The translations under genes and the position numbers were made by a program. Below the pieces are notes generated by a model. It ran no database searches and had not been told where the DNA came from. It saw nothing but the letters and a program-made list of their open reading frames with translations. Source: Candidatus Eiseniibacteriota bacterium (GTDB lineage: Bacteria > Eisenbacteria > RBG-16-71-46 > CAZAMP01). From it: a stretch of 64,000 nucleotides of DNA. Below are positions 27,941 to 38,495 of the stretch, piece by piece (positions within the stretch are counted from its first letter, which is position 1; each line of letters starts with the position of its first letter). The DNA is taken from positions 1,760,001 to 1,824,000 of the forward strand of contig OZ245046.1 in NCBI GenBank assembly GCA_965224245.1, read 5' to 3'.

Positions 27941-30900
27941 TCACGGACCCACGCGCTGCGGATCCACGGGAGCACCTGCAGCCAGAGACTCGTGATCCCG
28001 CCACCTGGCTGCCTCCGCCCGCTTGCCCCAGCCCTCGTAGAGATCCACCATCCAGCTCGCGATGTCGCGGACGTTCGAGGACGCGGGGCCGCACCACTGC
28101 ATCGCGCGGTCGTGAGCTCGGAGCAGCACGGCCTCCGCTTCCTCGCGACGACCGACGAGGCTGAGGCAGTGTCCGTACTCGCCCTCGCGGCGGGCGAGCG
28201 CGCCGGGTTCGCGCTCGTTCGTGCCGTGCAACCAGCTCCGATAGAGGCCGAAGCGGAGCGCCGGCAGTGCGCCCTCGGCGTCACCCACCGCGAGGAGGAC
28301 ACGACCCTTCAGATGTGCGCACGCACCCGCGAACTGGGTACACCGAACCTGGTGAAGCCGCTCCGCGGCCTCGTCGACCCGGCCGAGATCCAGCAGCCTG
28401 AACGCCAGGCCCGTCTTGAACGCCAGCGACTCCCTGGATCGCTCCCCGTCGACCGTCCACCCCATGCCGGGCGTCCATTCGATCGGCTCTCTGACGTAGA
28501 GGCTTCGGTAGAGAACGAGGGCCTCGTCCAGGAGCGACTCGGACTCCTCCCGATGCCCGGTCGCGGCCCGCGAACGAGCCAGCGCGATGACGCTCTCCAG
28601 GAGGGCCTTCTCGTCACCGAGCCGACGCGCCTCATCCACCGAGCGTCGGAGAGCGATCTCGGCCCATTCATGGAGGCCCCTCGCGGCCAATGCGTCTCCG
28701 GCGTCGCGGAGCGCCGTCACTGCGCCCTCCGTCCCCCGCCCGTGACGCGTCACGGTTCCATCCACGATCCGCCGCAGCGTCTCCTCGGCCTCGGCTTCTC
28801 GGCCGAGCCGCGTGGCGCAGCGGACGAGCTCCGGGAAGAGACTCACCACGCCTTCGTCTCTCCGCGCACCCTCGGCTCCCTCACAGAGCCGAAGCGCTCG
28901 AGACGCCACGTCGAAGGCTCCTTCGGGATCTCCGGACTGATCGAGCGCCCTCGCCCGGGTATCCATGTAGGTGGCGAGCTCGACGGGGTCCCCGCCCTCA
29001 CCGGCTTCGACGGCCCGGGTGGCCCAGGCCAGTCCCTCTTCGGGGTCGCGTAGCGCCGGCGACTCGCACGTGAGGAGCTTCCATGCGTACTCGTTCCACT
29101 CCCTCGCGCCCGCGCCGTCGGCGAGCGCCCGTGTGCGAAGCTCCACGAGCCGGGCTCGTTCGATCCCCCTCACCTCGTCCCACCGCCCGGCGATCGCGAG
29201 CGTGCTCTGGTACCGGCGGAACGTCAGGCCACGGATGAAGTCCGTTCTCCCCTGGGTCAAACCACTCTCGACCGTGTCCGTGGCGGCGCGCCAGTACTCG
29301 TACACGACGCGCGCGACGCGGAGCGCCTCGTCCAGCTTCCCGCGCCGGACGAGCAGCTGGGCGTAATCGTCCGAGCCGACCCAGTTGGCTCCCGCCAGCC
29401 CCTCTTGCCTGAGTTCCTCGAAGTACTCGAGCATGACACTCTCTTTCTCGTCGAGCTCGTGATCCTCGTCCAGGGATCGGACGAAGGCGAACCCCATGAG
29501 CCCCGGATCGTCGTCCGGATCGTCGGAGCTCCTCGCCCGCTCGATCACGGGCCGCGCGATGGCCTGCGCCTCGGCAAAGCGGTGCATGAACGTGAGGCCC
29601 AGGGCGTAGTACGTCTCGCAAGCGCGGGTCATCGGATCGTCGGGGCCGTAGGTCTCTCTCGCCGCCTCGAGCGCCTCCGAGGCGAGCTCGATGGCGGCGG
29701 GACCGTTCCCGGACCAGCAATGGCGCGTCGTCCAGGCGAGGAGGGTCTTGATCGTGTCGCGATGCTTCGGTCCGAGCACCCGGCGCTGCCGTTCGAGAGT
29801 GACCTCGTAGATCGAGTCCACAGCGGTGAAGTTCCCCTGCGCGATGCGGGCGGATGCATGGAAGCTCGCGGCATAGAGCGTGAGCGGATCGTCTTCGCCG
29901 AGGTATCGCTCGAGATTCTCCACGATGCCGGCGGCCATCTCGGCGGCCGCGTTGCGGTGATCGAGATCCAACAGGGTCCCCGCCACGAGGAGACGCGACC
30001 GAAGGACCTCGCGATCTGCGTCTCCGAGAGCGTCCCGACGGATCTCCAGCACCTTCTCGAACTGCTCCAGGGCATCCTCTCGGGCATCGAGCCCGAGCAA
30101 CGACTTCCCGATCGTCTCGCGGGCCTGGGCTTCGAGCAGCGGCTTCTCCGCGAAGGACGTCTCGATCCGGTCCGTCGCCTCGCGAAGCATCTCGGCCACC
30201 GAGACGTCCTTTCGGCCACCGGTCTCGTCGTCGCTTCCGAGGGTCGGCGTGAACAGCCACGACTCCTCGGGGCTCGGGTTGAGCGACTCGAGCATCTCGG
30301 TGAAGAACGCGTTGATGGCCGCGGCCGCCGCGCGCTCCCGTCGCGCCTGGAGGAGACCCAGCGTGGCCACGCCGATCCCCACCACGAGCGCCACCACGAC
30401 GGCGCTGGAGATGAGGACGCCCGTGCGATTGCGCCGGGCGAACTTCCGGATCCGGTAGGACGTGCTGGGCGGGCTCGCCAGGACCGGCTCGTCGTGAAGG
30501 TAGCGCTCGACGTCCAGCCGGAGCGAGTTGGCGGTGTCGTAGCGCCGGGTTCGGTCCTTCTCGATCGCCCGCATGACGATCCAGTCGAGATCGCCCGACA
30601 GGGCCCGCCGGAGCGCCCCCACGTCCGTGCTGCGGCTCCTGGCGGTCGCCGTCGCCGCCTGCCCCAGCGTGCTGACGCGGGTGGACGGTCTCTCGGGCTC
30701 CTCCTCCCGGATCACGCGGTGGATCTCCGAGTAGGCCAGGTTCCGGAGGCGCCGGGCGTCGAAGGGTGTCGTCCCGGTCAGGAGCTCGTAGAGGAGAACG
30801 CCGAGCGCGTAGATGTCGGTCCGGGTGTCGACGTCGAGACCGGACATCTCGGCCTGCTCGGGGCTCATGTACTGCGGCGTGCCCACGAACTGATGGTACT

Positions 30901-31627
30901 CGGTGAAGAGCGTCTTCTCGGTCAGCTGCTGGTTCGTCGCCTTGGCGATGCCGAAGTCGATCACCTTCGGCACCGGCGTCCCGTCGTGGAGGGTCACCAT
31001 CACGTTGGACGGCTTGATGTCCCGGTGGATGATCCCCTTCTGGTGCGCGTGCTGGACCGCGCTGCACACCGACTGGAACAGCTCGAGACGCTCGCGCGTG
31101 GTCAGGTGGTTCTGGTCGCAGTACTCGGTGATGGGGATTCCGCGGACGAGCTCCATGACGAAGTACGGGCGCCCGGTCTCGGTGGCGCCGGCGTCGAGCA
31201 CGCGGGCGATGTTCGGGTGATCCATCAGCGCGAGCGCCTGGCGCTCGGCCTCGAAGCGCGCGATGACCTGGCGGGTGTCCATGCCGAGCTTGATGATCTT
31301 CAGCGCGACCTTGCGCCGGACCGGCTTCTCTTGCTCGGCCATGTAGACCGATCCGAAGCCCCCCTCGCCGATCTGCTGCAGGAGCTTGTAGCGTCCGATG
31401 GTGATTCCCGGTCCCTCGGCGGGGGCCCCGCCGGGGAGCAGCGGCTCGGTGGGGGCCGCCAGGACGTCGCCGCCGGCGTCGCCGGCGGCCAGCAACGTCT
31501 CGACCTCGGCGCGAAGCTCCGCGTCTCCCTCGCAGGCCCGGTCGAGGAACGCCTCTCTCTCCGAGGCGGGGAGCTCGAACGCGTCCTGGAAGACTCGCTT
31601 GACCCGGCTCCAGTTCTCGGTGCTCAT
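27941..31627 (-). CDS. Ser/Thr kinase with TM helix and extended TPR region (ECF-coupled)
   Basis: ATGA overlap with the upstream [58 protein letters not shown]. Confidence 0.95.
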   Translation of the reverse strand: MSTENWSRVKRVFQDAFELPASEREAFLDRACEGDAELRAEVETLLAAGDAGGDVLAAPTEPLLPGGAPAEGPGITIGRYKLLQQIGEGGFGSVYMAEQEKPVRRKVALKIIKLGMDTRQVIARFEAERQALALMDHPNIARVLDAGATETGRPYFVMELVRGIPITEYCDQNHLTTRERLELFQSVCSAVQHAHQKGIIHRDIKPSNVMVTLHDGTPVPKVIDFGIAKATNQQLTEKTLFTEYHQFVGTPQYMSPEQAEMSGLDVDTRTDIYALGVLLYELLTGTTPFDARRLRNLAYSEIHRVIREEEPERPSTRVSTLGQAATATARSRSTDVGALRRALSGDLDWIVMRAIEKDRTRRYDTANSLRLDVERYLHDEPVLASPPSTSYRIRKFARRNRTGVLISSAVVVALVVGIGVATLGLLQARRERAAAAAINAFFTEMLESLNPSPEESWLFTPTLGSDDETGGRKDVSVAEMLREATDRIETSFAEKPLLEAQARETIGKSLLGLDAREDALEQFEKVLEIRRDALGDADREVLRSRLLVAGTLLDLDHRNAAAEMAAGIVENLERYLGEDDPLTLYAASFHASARIAQGNFTAVDSIYEVTLERQRRVLGPKHRDTIKTLLAWTTRHCWSGNGPAAIELASEALEAARETYGPDDPMTRACETYYALGLTFMHRFAEAQAIARPVIERARSSDDPDDDPGLMGFAFVRSLDEDHELDEKESVMLEYFEELRQEGLAGANWVGSDDYAQLLVRRGKLDEALRVARVVYEYWRAATDTVESGLTQGRTDFIRGLTFRRYQSTLAIAGRWDEVRGIERARLVELRTRALADGAGAREWNEYAWKLLTCESPALRDPEEGLAWATRAVEAGEGGDPVELATYMDTRARALDQSGDPEGAFDVASRALRLCEGAEGARRDEGVVSLFPELVRCATRLGREAEAEETLRRIVDGTVTRHGRGTEGAVTALRDAGDALAARGLHEWAEIALRRSVDEARRLGDEKALLESVIALARSRAATGHREESESLLDEALVLYRSLYVREPIEWTPGMGWTVDGERSRESLAFKTGLAFRLLDLGRVDEAAERLHQVRCTQFAGACAHLKGRVLLAVGDAEGALPALRFGLYRSWLHGTNEREPGALARREGEYGHCLSLVGRREEAEAVLLRAHDRAMQWCGPASSNVRDIASWMVDLYEGWGKRAEAARWRDHESLAAGAPVDPQRVGP

Positions 31628-32205
31628 CGTCCCTCCGCGTCGTCCGGCGCCAGCTCGCGCAGCAGCCACGCTCTGGCGAGCGCCCAGTCCCGGCGCACGG
31701 TCCGGCTCGTGACTCCCAGGGCCGCCGCCGCCTCGGCCTCGGAGAGTCCGACGTAGAATCGGAGCCGGACCACGTCCGCCGCTCGTCGGTCTCGCTCCTC
31801 AAGGCGCCGGACCGCGTCGTCGAGGGACACGATTTCTTCGACGTCTGCCCGCTCGGCCAGATCGACCACGTCGAGCGGGACCCGTTTCCGGTCTCCGCCG
31901 CGCTTGATCCGCCCCCGCTTGCGCGCGTGCTCGATGAGAATCCGGCGCATGGCCTCGGCGGCGGCCACGTAGAAGTGCGCCCGGCTCTGCCAGCTCAGCT
32001 CCTGGTTACCGACGAGCCGCAGGTAGGCCTCGTGGACGAGCGCGGTCGGCTGGAGGGTGTGATCGGGTCGCTCGGCCGCCATCTCCTTCTGCGCCCGGGC
32101 CCTCAGCTGGTCGTAGACGAGGGGCAGGAGCTCCTCGACGGCCGCGCCGTCTCCTCGGCTCGCCCGGCCGAGCAGGTGCGTGACCTGGCTGGCGGAATCC
32201 GTCAT
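31624..32205 (-). CDS. ECF sigma-70 factor, ECF43/TIGR02999 type
   Basis: [60 protein letters not shown]. Confidence 0.93.
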   Translation of the reverse strand: MTDSASQVTHLLGRASRGDGAAVEELLPLVYDQLRARAQKEMAAERPDHTLQPTALVHEAYLRLVGNQELSWQSRAHFYVAAAEAMRRILIEHARKRGRIKRGGDRKRVPLDVVDLAERADVEEIVSLDDAVRRLEERDRRAADVVRLRFYVGLSEAEAAAALGVTSRTVRRDWALARAWLLRELAPDDAEGR

Positions 32206-32313
32206 CTTGCCCCTCGGGAGTGGACCCGACGCTCGAACGACATTTGAGAGATGAGGGGTAATCTACCATCGGTCAAGGGTTTCCACCACCGGTCTCCGCT
32301 CCGGGTCGGGCGA

Positions 32314-32739
32314 CTACTCGGCGGGAGCGTCGTCCGAGACCCTCTCCTGCCGTCCCGGGTGCGCGTAGAGCAGCGCACGGACGATGTCGCGGTGCGCCAC
32401 GATTCCGACGATCTTCTCGCCGTCGAAGATCGGCAGGCGTCGCACGCGGGTGCGCTCCATGAGCTGCGCGCAGTGCTCGACCCGGAAGTCGGGACCGGCG
32501 AGCACGAGCGGCTTCGTGGTGATCTCGGCCACGCGGACCTTCCGGGGATCGCGGCCGGTCTCCACCACCTTGTTCACGATGTCGCTGAGGGTCACGATGC
32601 CCCACGTGTCGCTCGCGTCCCGCCGCTCCACCAGCACGCTCGACATCTCGTGCGTCCGCATGAGCTCGGTCGCCTCGAGCACCGTGAGATCGCCCCGCAC
32701 CCACACGAGCTCGCGGGTCATGATGTCCTGCGCCGTCAT
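32314..32739 (-). CDS. Stand-alone CBS-pair protein
   Basis: MTAQDIMTR..WGIVTLSDIVNKV..VRRLPIFDGEKIVGIV; ATGA overlap with the upstream gene. Confidence 0.9.
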   Translation of the reverse strand: MTAQDIMTRELVWVRGDLTVLEATELMRTHEMSSVLVERRDASDTWGIVTLSDIVNKVVETGRDPRKVRVAEITTKPLVLAGPDFRVEHCAQLMERTRVRRLPIFDGEKIVGIVAHRDIVRALLYAHPGRQERVSDDAPAE

Positions 32740-34850
32740 CGCACGTCTCGCTTTCTCGCCTCGAGGATCTCGAGAGCACGTCTCGAGCTCTCCTCCGCGG
32801 CGCGCAAGAGATCCTGGGCGTATCGGAAGTTGTGAATGGCCGCGGACGCGTCCGCGGTCACGAACGAGTAGTTCGACAGGGCCTCCTCGTACAGTCGCTC
32901 GGCCGTGGTGTCGGCGGCGGCGCCCCCGCTCCGGAGACGCGCCTCGACGCGATCGATCTGAGTCCGGACGCGGCGGTCGAGCTCCTCGATCGCCGACACG
33001 AAGGCGCGCGTCTCCTCGTCCATGTCGGTCTCGTGGCACCTGATGCACGAGCGCTCGGCGGACGGCCCGGGGGTCGGGGGTGCGTCGTCGGGCTTCCGGC
33101 CGGCGACGTCGACCCCGTGACACGCCGTGCACTTCACCTGGAAGTACTGCATGAGCGCCGGGCGTCCCCGCACACCCGCACCGGCCTCGCCTGCATAGAG
33201 CCGCTTCTGCGGCTCGTGACTGTCCACGTGGCACGCCTCGCAGTCCGTGACCGGATCCTCCTCGCGGGAGCCCGGATGCTCGATCTCGGAGTGACAGTCG
33301 AAGCAGTCGACGAGCTCCTCCCGGACGTGCACGTGATGCATCTCGGGCGTCGCGAGCCACTCGACGTCGAGGTGGCACGCGTTGCAGCGCGACGGCTCGA
33401 CCTCGATGCGTCCCCGCGAGGCGTCGCCGTGGCACGAGTGGCACTCCGCGTCCGTGCGATACGGCGTGTGATCCAGGCGAACCACGGCCGCGCCGGCTCG
33501 TGCGTCGAAGTCGTGGCATCCGCGGCACGGCGTCACCCGCTCGCTCACCGACGCGAAGTGGCAGAGGTTGCACGTGGCGGCCTCGACGGAGAAGTGGACC
33601 TTCTGGCCCCGGTGATTGTGACAGCTCGTGCACGTGGGCATGCCGATCGGCGCGAGCTCGGCGAGATGCGCCGCGTGCGAGAACGCCACGTCCGGGGCCC
33701 CGTCGACCTCGAAGCGCGGCGCGCGCGCCTGGGAGGTGTGACATCCCGATCGGAGGCACGAGGAATCGGGCACCTTGGCCACCGGCTTCGGATCGTAGGT
33801 CTTCGTGGCGTACCGGACGACCATCGCGACGCCCGTGATCTTTCCCCTCACCGCCCCCCGCAGCCCGTAGCTCCAGTGACAGGTCGTACACCGGATTTCC
33901 CGGTGCGCCGAGGTCGTCCAGGTGGCGTGATAGGGCTGCATGTTGTGGCACGACGGGCAGAGGGACGGCGTCTCGGACACCGTGGCGGTGCCCAGCACGA
34001 GCGCCACGAAGACCCCCGCGGACACGAGCGCGGCGCGCAGCACGTACGCGCGGTGAGACCAGATGCCGCGCAGAAAGAGCGATCGATTCGCCCGGCGCAG
34101 GCGCCGGCTGAGGAGTCGGGACATGCTCTCGAACACGACCGCTCCCAGGTGCTCGCGCCGGAGGGCCAGCTGGGTGAAGCGCTCACCGTCGATGACGATC
34201 ACCGTCGACGGCCGCGCGGTGCGGACGGTCGCCGAGCGCGTTCCCCCGAAGAGCTCGACCTCACCGACGATCTCACCCTCGCGGATGCGCGCGATCCGGC
34301 CGGCGCGCTTGGTGGAGACGACGAGCTCACCGGATTCGAGGAGGAACAGGCTGCGGTCCTCCTCGCCTTCCCGGATCAAAACCGTGTCCTTCGGGCAGCG
34401 CCGGAGTGACGCCAGGTTCAGGAGCGCGGCGAGGTCGTCGGCGGCGAGCCGGGAGAAGAACGGCACCCGCCTGAGAAGCGTGAAGAGCGAGAGAACGTCG
34501 TGGTAGCTGAGGATGCCCGCGGGGCGGGAGCCTTCCAGAACGAGGAGATGACGGACCCCGAAGCGCCGCATCAGCCGGCTGGCGTGACCGACGTTCAGCG
34601 AGGGGTCCACGAGGAGAAAGGCGGGTCGCATGACCGAGTCGATGCGAACCTCCGACGGGTCCAGCCCGCGCGCGGCCACCTTGGACACGATGTCGCGGTG
34701 GGTGACGATGCCCCAGGGCACGTCCTCGCGGGACGGTCGGACGATGACGCTCGAGATCCTCCGCTCGGCGAGGAGCCGGACCGCCTCGAAGAGACGCGCG
34801 TCGCCCGGCAGCACCGCCACGTCCCGGGTCATGAGGTCCAGGACCCTCAT
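32736..34850 (-). CDS. Fusion protein: CBS pair + cyclic-nucleotide-binding domain + TM + multiheme cytochrome c (11 CxxCH + 1 CX4CH)
   Basis: CBS (WGIVTHRDIV, VRHLLV); cNMP (REGE..LFLLESG..GEIVGEVELFGGTRSATV); TM AALVSAGVFVALVLG; NapC/NirT-like CPSCH..WTTSAH..CTTCH; C-terminal helical ADAS..IHNFRYA. Confidence 0.9.
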   Translation of the reverse strand: MRVLDLMTRDVAVLPGDARLFEAVRLLAERRISSVIVRPSREDVPWGIVTHRDIVSKVAARGLDPSEVRIDSVMRPAFLLVDPSLNVGHASRLMRRFGVRHLLVLEGSRPAGILSYHDVLSLFTLLRRVPFFSRLAADDLAALLNLASLRRCPKDTVLIREGEEDRSLFLLESGELVVSTKRAGRIARIREGEIVGEVELFGGTRSATVRTARPSTVIVIDGERFTQLALRREHLGAVVFESMSRLLSRRLRRANRSLFLRGIWSHRAYVLRAALVSAGVFVALVLGTATVSETPSLCPSCHNMQPYHATWTTSAHREIRCTTCHWSYGLRGAVRGKITGVAMVVRYATKTYDPKPVAKVPDSSCLRSGCHTSQARAPRFEVDGAPDVAFSHAAHLAELAPIGMPTCTSCHNHRGQKVHFSVEAATCNLCHFASVSERVTPCRGCHDFDARAGAAVVRLDHTPYRTDAECHSCHGDASRGRIEVEPSRCNACHLDVEWLATPEMHHVHVREELVDCFDCHSEIEHPGSREEDPVTDCEACHVDSHEPQKRLYAGEAGAGVRGRPALMQYFQVKCTACHGVDVAGRKPDDAPPTPGPSAERSCIRCHETDMDEETRAFVSAIEELDRRVRTQIDRVEARLRSGGAAADTTAERLYEEALSNYSFVTADASAAIHNFRYAQDLLRAAEESSRRALEILEARKRDVR

Positions 34851-34869
34851 GACGTCGTGCCGGAGGACC

Positions 34870-36117
34870 TCATGGCGACTCGCCCGGATGCTGGAGGTGC
34901 GCGAGGAGGTCCCGCAGATCGTCGCCCGTCAGCTCCGGCCAGGGATGGCCCTCGCTGAGGACGGCCTCCTTCATCACCGGCGCGTGGTTCCACATGGCCG
35001 AGACGAGGGCCGCCGGCGAGCCGATCACCTCGGCGGCGGTCAGCTCCGGTCCGGGATGCGGAACCTCTCCACCGCCGGAGTGACACTCCGCGCACGAGCG
35101 CTCGGAGAACGTCTCCGCGCCTCGACCGGCGTTTCCGGGGGCGTCGGTGAAGGGGCCGAAGTAGAGGTACGAGATGAGATCGGCCAGCTCCTGGGTCGTG
35201 AAGTGCGGCCAGGGGATGTTGCGCTCCGCGAACGCATCACGCATGACCTCGGCATGGTTCCACATCGTCCCGGCGATCGCCTCCGCCGAGCGGGGCAGCT
35301 CCCGGTCCAGGAGGTCCGGACCGAGCCCCGCATCGCCGGAGTCGGTGCGATGGCAGGTCGCGCATCCCTTCTCCTCGAACCGCCGGCGGCCGAGCTCCGG
35401 GTTTCCGGGGGCCAGGAGCGGGGTCCCGCCCGGGACCGCGGTGCCGATTCCCCGGATGTAGGCGCTGAGGTTCGCGAGGTCACCCGGCTCGAACGTGGGC
35501 GGGCGAACGCCGTGCTCGCGCATGGACTCGAACATCGCGGGGCCGTGGTTCCAGATCGCACGTGCGACGTGGAGGGGCGAGGCGAATCCGGTCAGCGCGC
35601 CGAGATCGGGTCCGATCGCGTCCCCTCGGTCCCCCACGCGGTGGCAACTCACGCATCCCCGCGCGCGAAAGACCTCACGACCGGCGTCCGTGGTGCCCGG
35701 GTCTCCGAGGTAGTCGATGTAGAAGAGAAACGCGACGAGGCGCAGCGTCTCGTCGGGAGTCAGCGTGGGCCACGCGAGCTCCATCTCCTCGAACGCGACG
35801 CTCATGCCGGGAACGTGGTTCCAGAGCGCGGCGCCGAGGTCCAGGAAGCTCCCGGAGAAGTGACCCCCGCCCAGCGCGGGCCCGATGTCGGGACCGCTTC
35901 CCGCGATCCCGTGACACCGGTTGCACCCCTTCTCCTCGAAGAGGAATCGCCCATCGATGGGGTTCTCGGGAAGGGACATCGTGTCGCTCGCGATCGCCGG
36001 GGTCACGAGGACGAGCGCGAGGACCGGGACGAGCAGCGTGCGCGCCTTCGGGAGGATCGCGCCGGCTGCTCCCGGCGTCGGGCGCCCCGTGTCGGGCGCG
36101 TTCCACGCGATGCTCAC
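34870..36117 (-). CDS. Periplasmic cytochrome c with four repeated monoheme domains
   Basis: Signal peptide; CNRCH, CVSCH, CATCH and CAECH, each followed by GP.L and WNH...M. Confidence 0.9.
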   Translation of the reverse strand: MSIAWNAPDTGRPTPGAAGAILPKARTLLVPVLALVLVTPAIASDTMSLPENPIDGRFLFEEKGCNRCHGIAGSGPDIGPALGGGHFSGSFLDLGAALWNHVPGMSVAFEEMELAWPTLTPDETLRLVAFLFYIDYLGDPGTTDAGREVFRARGCVSCHRVGDRGDAIGPDLGALTGFASPLHVARAIWNHGPAMFESMREHGVRPPTFEPGDLANLSAYIRGIGTAVPGGTPLLAPGNPELGRRRFEEKGCATCHRTDSGDAGLGPDLLDRELPRSAEAIAGTMWNHAEVMRDAFAERNIPWPHFTTQELADLISYLYFGPFTDAPGNAGRGAETFSERSCAECHSGGGEVPHPGPELTAAEVIGSPAALVSAMWNHAPVMKEAVLSEGHPWPELTGDDLRDLLAHLQHPGESP

Positions 36118-36386
36118 CGCTCCTCCTCCCGGCCGTCCTCCTCGGGCGGCCGGCGTCCCCGGCGCAGCCCCACGAACACGTACGTCAGGACGCTCGCGCC
36201 GGTCAGGTACACGGGAATCGCCACGATCGAGATGCCGATCGATGCGGACGGAACGTCGTGGAGCTGGCGCGAGAGGCGGATGAGGTGAAGGATCCAGGCG
36301 CTGATTCCGAGCACGAAGACCCAGATCATGGCCATGGAGATCACCTGCAGGACGAAGAGCGTACGCTCTTGCTTCGTGCCGCGCAT
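36114..36386 (-). CDS. Small 2-TM membrane protein of the respiratory operon
   Basis: GGAGG ribosome-binding site, two hydrophobic helices, tightly coupled to both neighbours. Confidence 0.8.
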   Translation of the reverse strand: MRGTKQERTLFVLQVISMAMIWVFVLGISAWILHLIRLSRQLHDVPSASIGISIVAIPVYLTGASVLTYVFVGLRRGRRPPEEDGREEER

Positions 36387-36388
36387 CG

Positions 36389-37780
36389 TCACCTCCCCCC
36401 CGTCGCCGGCTCGCGTCGGCCCGTGGCATCGGCCGTCAGCTCCGGCAGGTAGCTGCGCACGCGCGCGGTCGTCTCGGCGACCGACTTCTCCCGGCCCTCC
36501 CGGCTCTCCCAGATGGAGATCAGGGGAAAGAACCGGCCGAAGACGACGAACCCGATGGCCAGCGACGCCAGCCCTCCGACGAACATCCCCCACTCGACGA
36601 GGCTGGGGACGTAGAACCCGCTGGGATACGGAAGCCTCGGGTTGGCCAGGGACGGCACCACGATGTTGAGCCGCTCGAGCCACATCCCGATCATCACCGC
36701 GATCGAGGCCACGAAGATCCCCGGGATGCGACGCGTTCGACGAAAGCTCAGGATGAGAACGGGGATGACGAAGTTGCACGCCACCATCCCCCAGAAGAAC
36801 GGCGCGTAGGTGCCCTCGAACTTGTAGAGGAAGACGCGCATCTCCGTCGGCTCGTGGCCGAAGAAGGCCGTGAGGTACTCCGAGAACGTGAAGTAGAACC
36901 AGAGCAGCGACATGATCAGCAGCAGCTTCGAGAGATGGCTGAAGTGAATGGTCTTGAGGTAGCGCTCGAGATGGAAGATGCGTCGGAGCACGATCATCAT
37001 CACCAGGAGCGCCGCGATGCCGGAGAAGATGGCCCCCACGACGAAGTACGGGCCGAAGATCGTGGAGTGCCAGCCCGGCTGCAGCGTCATCGCGAAGATG
37101 TACGAGATGACGGTGTGGACCGAGACGGCGATCGGGATCACGAGCACCATGAGGATGCTCATCGCGCGCTCCAGGACCGCTTCCTGACGCGCGGTACCCT
37201 GCCAGCCCCAGGACAGAAACGCGTAGAGCCAGCGCGGGCTGACGTTACGATCCCGGAGCAGCGCGATGTCCGGAATCATCGGGATGTACAGATACACGGT
37301 CGAGGCCATGAAGTACGCGGAGATCGAGGACACGTCCCAGAGAAGGGGTGATTGAAGCCTTCCCGCGCTGAAGATGTTGAGCATGCGATCGGGTCGGCCC
37401 AGGTCGAGCACCGGGTGGACGGCGCCGATCGCCAGCACGACGACCGTGATGACCTCCGCCATCCGCGTGATGGGCCGTCGCCACTCCGCCTGCGAGAGCC
37501 GCAGGACGGCCGAGATCAGCGTCCCGGCGTGACTGATGCCGATGAAGAACACGAAGTTGACGATGTAGAAGCCCCACCCTACCGGCTGGTTCAGCCCGGT
37601 GACCCCGAGCCCTCGGAGAATCTGCCGGCTGAACAGAACCCAGCAGCCGAGGATGAGCAGCGCGAGCAGCGTGAACGTCACGCGGAAGCGCGCGCCCGCG
37701 TGCTCGACCGAGCGCAGGAGATCCACGTCCTCGCACGCGCCCGGCTCGTCGTCCCGTCTGTCCGCGACCGCGTCCGTCAT
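36389..37780 (-). CDS. NrfD/PsrC-family membrane quinol-interacting subunit (QrcD/ActC-like)
   Basis: WGFYIVNFVFFIGISHAGTLISA, RPITRMAE, DLGRPDR, SPLLWD, SVHTVIS, PGWHSTIFGPYFVVGAIFSG. Confidence 0.93.
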   Translation of the reverse strand: MTDAVADRRDDEPGACEDVDLLRSVEHAGARFRVTFTLLALLILGCWVLFSRQILRGLGVTGLNQPVGWGFYIVNFVFFIGISHAGTLISAVLRLSQAEWRRPITRMAEVITVVVLAIGAVHPVLDLGRPDRMLNIFSAGRLQSPLLWDVSSISAYFMASTVYLYIPMIPDIALLRDRNVSPRWLYAFLSWGWQGTARQEAVLERAMSILMVLVIPIAVSVHTVISYIFAMTLQPGWHSTIFGPYFVVGAIFSGIAALLVMMIVLRRIFHLERYLKTIHFSHLSKLLLIMSLLWFYFTFSEYLTAFFGHEPTEMRVFLYKFEGTYAPFFWGMVACNFVIPVLILSFRRTRRIPGIFVASIAVMIGMWLERLNIVVPSLANPRLPYPSGFYVPSLVEWGMFVGGLASLAIGFVVFGRFFPLISIWESREGREKSVAETTARVRSYLPELTADATGRREPATGGR

Positions 37781-37808
37781 CGTTCGCCTCTCTCCCTCGT
37801 TCACGCCG

Positions 37809-38495
37809 TCACTCGGTCTCCGAGAGATAGATCACCTTGGGCCGGGTTCCGAGGTCCGCGTGCAGGCGGAACGCCCGGGAGCTCCGGGCCAGGTCGCTCA
37901 CCCGGCTGGCCGGATCGTCGAGGTCCCCGAACTCGATCGCCCGGGCCGGGCAGCTCTCCGCACAGGCGGGGACCACGTCGCCGTCCCGTAGCTCGCGCTC
38001 CTCGACACGCGCCTGCTCCTTCGCCTGGTTGATCCGGTGGTGACAGAACGTGCACTTCTCCACGACGCCCTTGTAGCGACGCGACACGTCGGGGTTCGCC
38101 TTCCGAGCGAGATCACCGGGCCACTCGGGCTCGTACCAGTTGAAGACCTTGGCGTTGTACGGACACGCGGCCATGCAGTACCGGCAGCCGATGCACCGGG
38201 CGTAGATCTGCCCGACGATCCCCTCGTCACCGAGATACGTCGCGTGCACCGGACACACCCGCACACAGGGCGGGTCGTCGCACTGGAAGCACGGCTGCGG
38301 CATGTACGTGACCTTGGTCTCCGCATGGCTTTCCGAGACCTCGCTGATGACCCGCATCCAGTGGAAAGCACGGCTCCTCTCCACCGCCTCCTCCTTTCCG
38401 GAAGCGGCCAGGTTGTTCTCTTGATGGCAGGCGGCCATGCAGGCCCCGCATCCCGTGCAGCGGTCGAGATCGATGACCATGCCCCATCGTGCCAT
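37809..38495 (-). CDS. 4Fe-4S dicluster electron-transfer subunit (NrfC/QrcC-like)
   Basis: CTGCGACMAAC, CFQCDDPPCVRVCP, CIGCRYCMAACP, KCTFC..CAESCP. Confidence 0.95.
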   Translation of the reverse strand: MARWGMVIDLDRCTGCGACMAACHQENNLAASGKEEAVERSRAFHWMRVISEVSESHAETKVTYMPQPCFQCDDPPCVRVCPVHATYLGDEGIVGQIYARCIGCRYCMAACPYNAKVFNWYEPEWPGDLARKANPDVSRRYKGVVEKCTFCHHRINQAKEQARVEERELRDGDVVPACAESCPARAIEFGDLDDPASRVSDLARSSRAFRLHADLGTRPKVIYLSETE

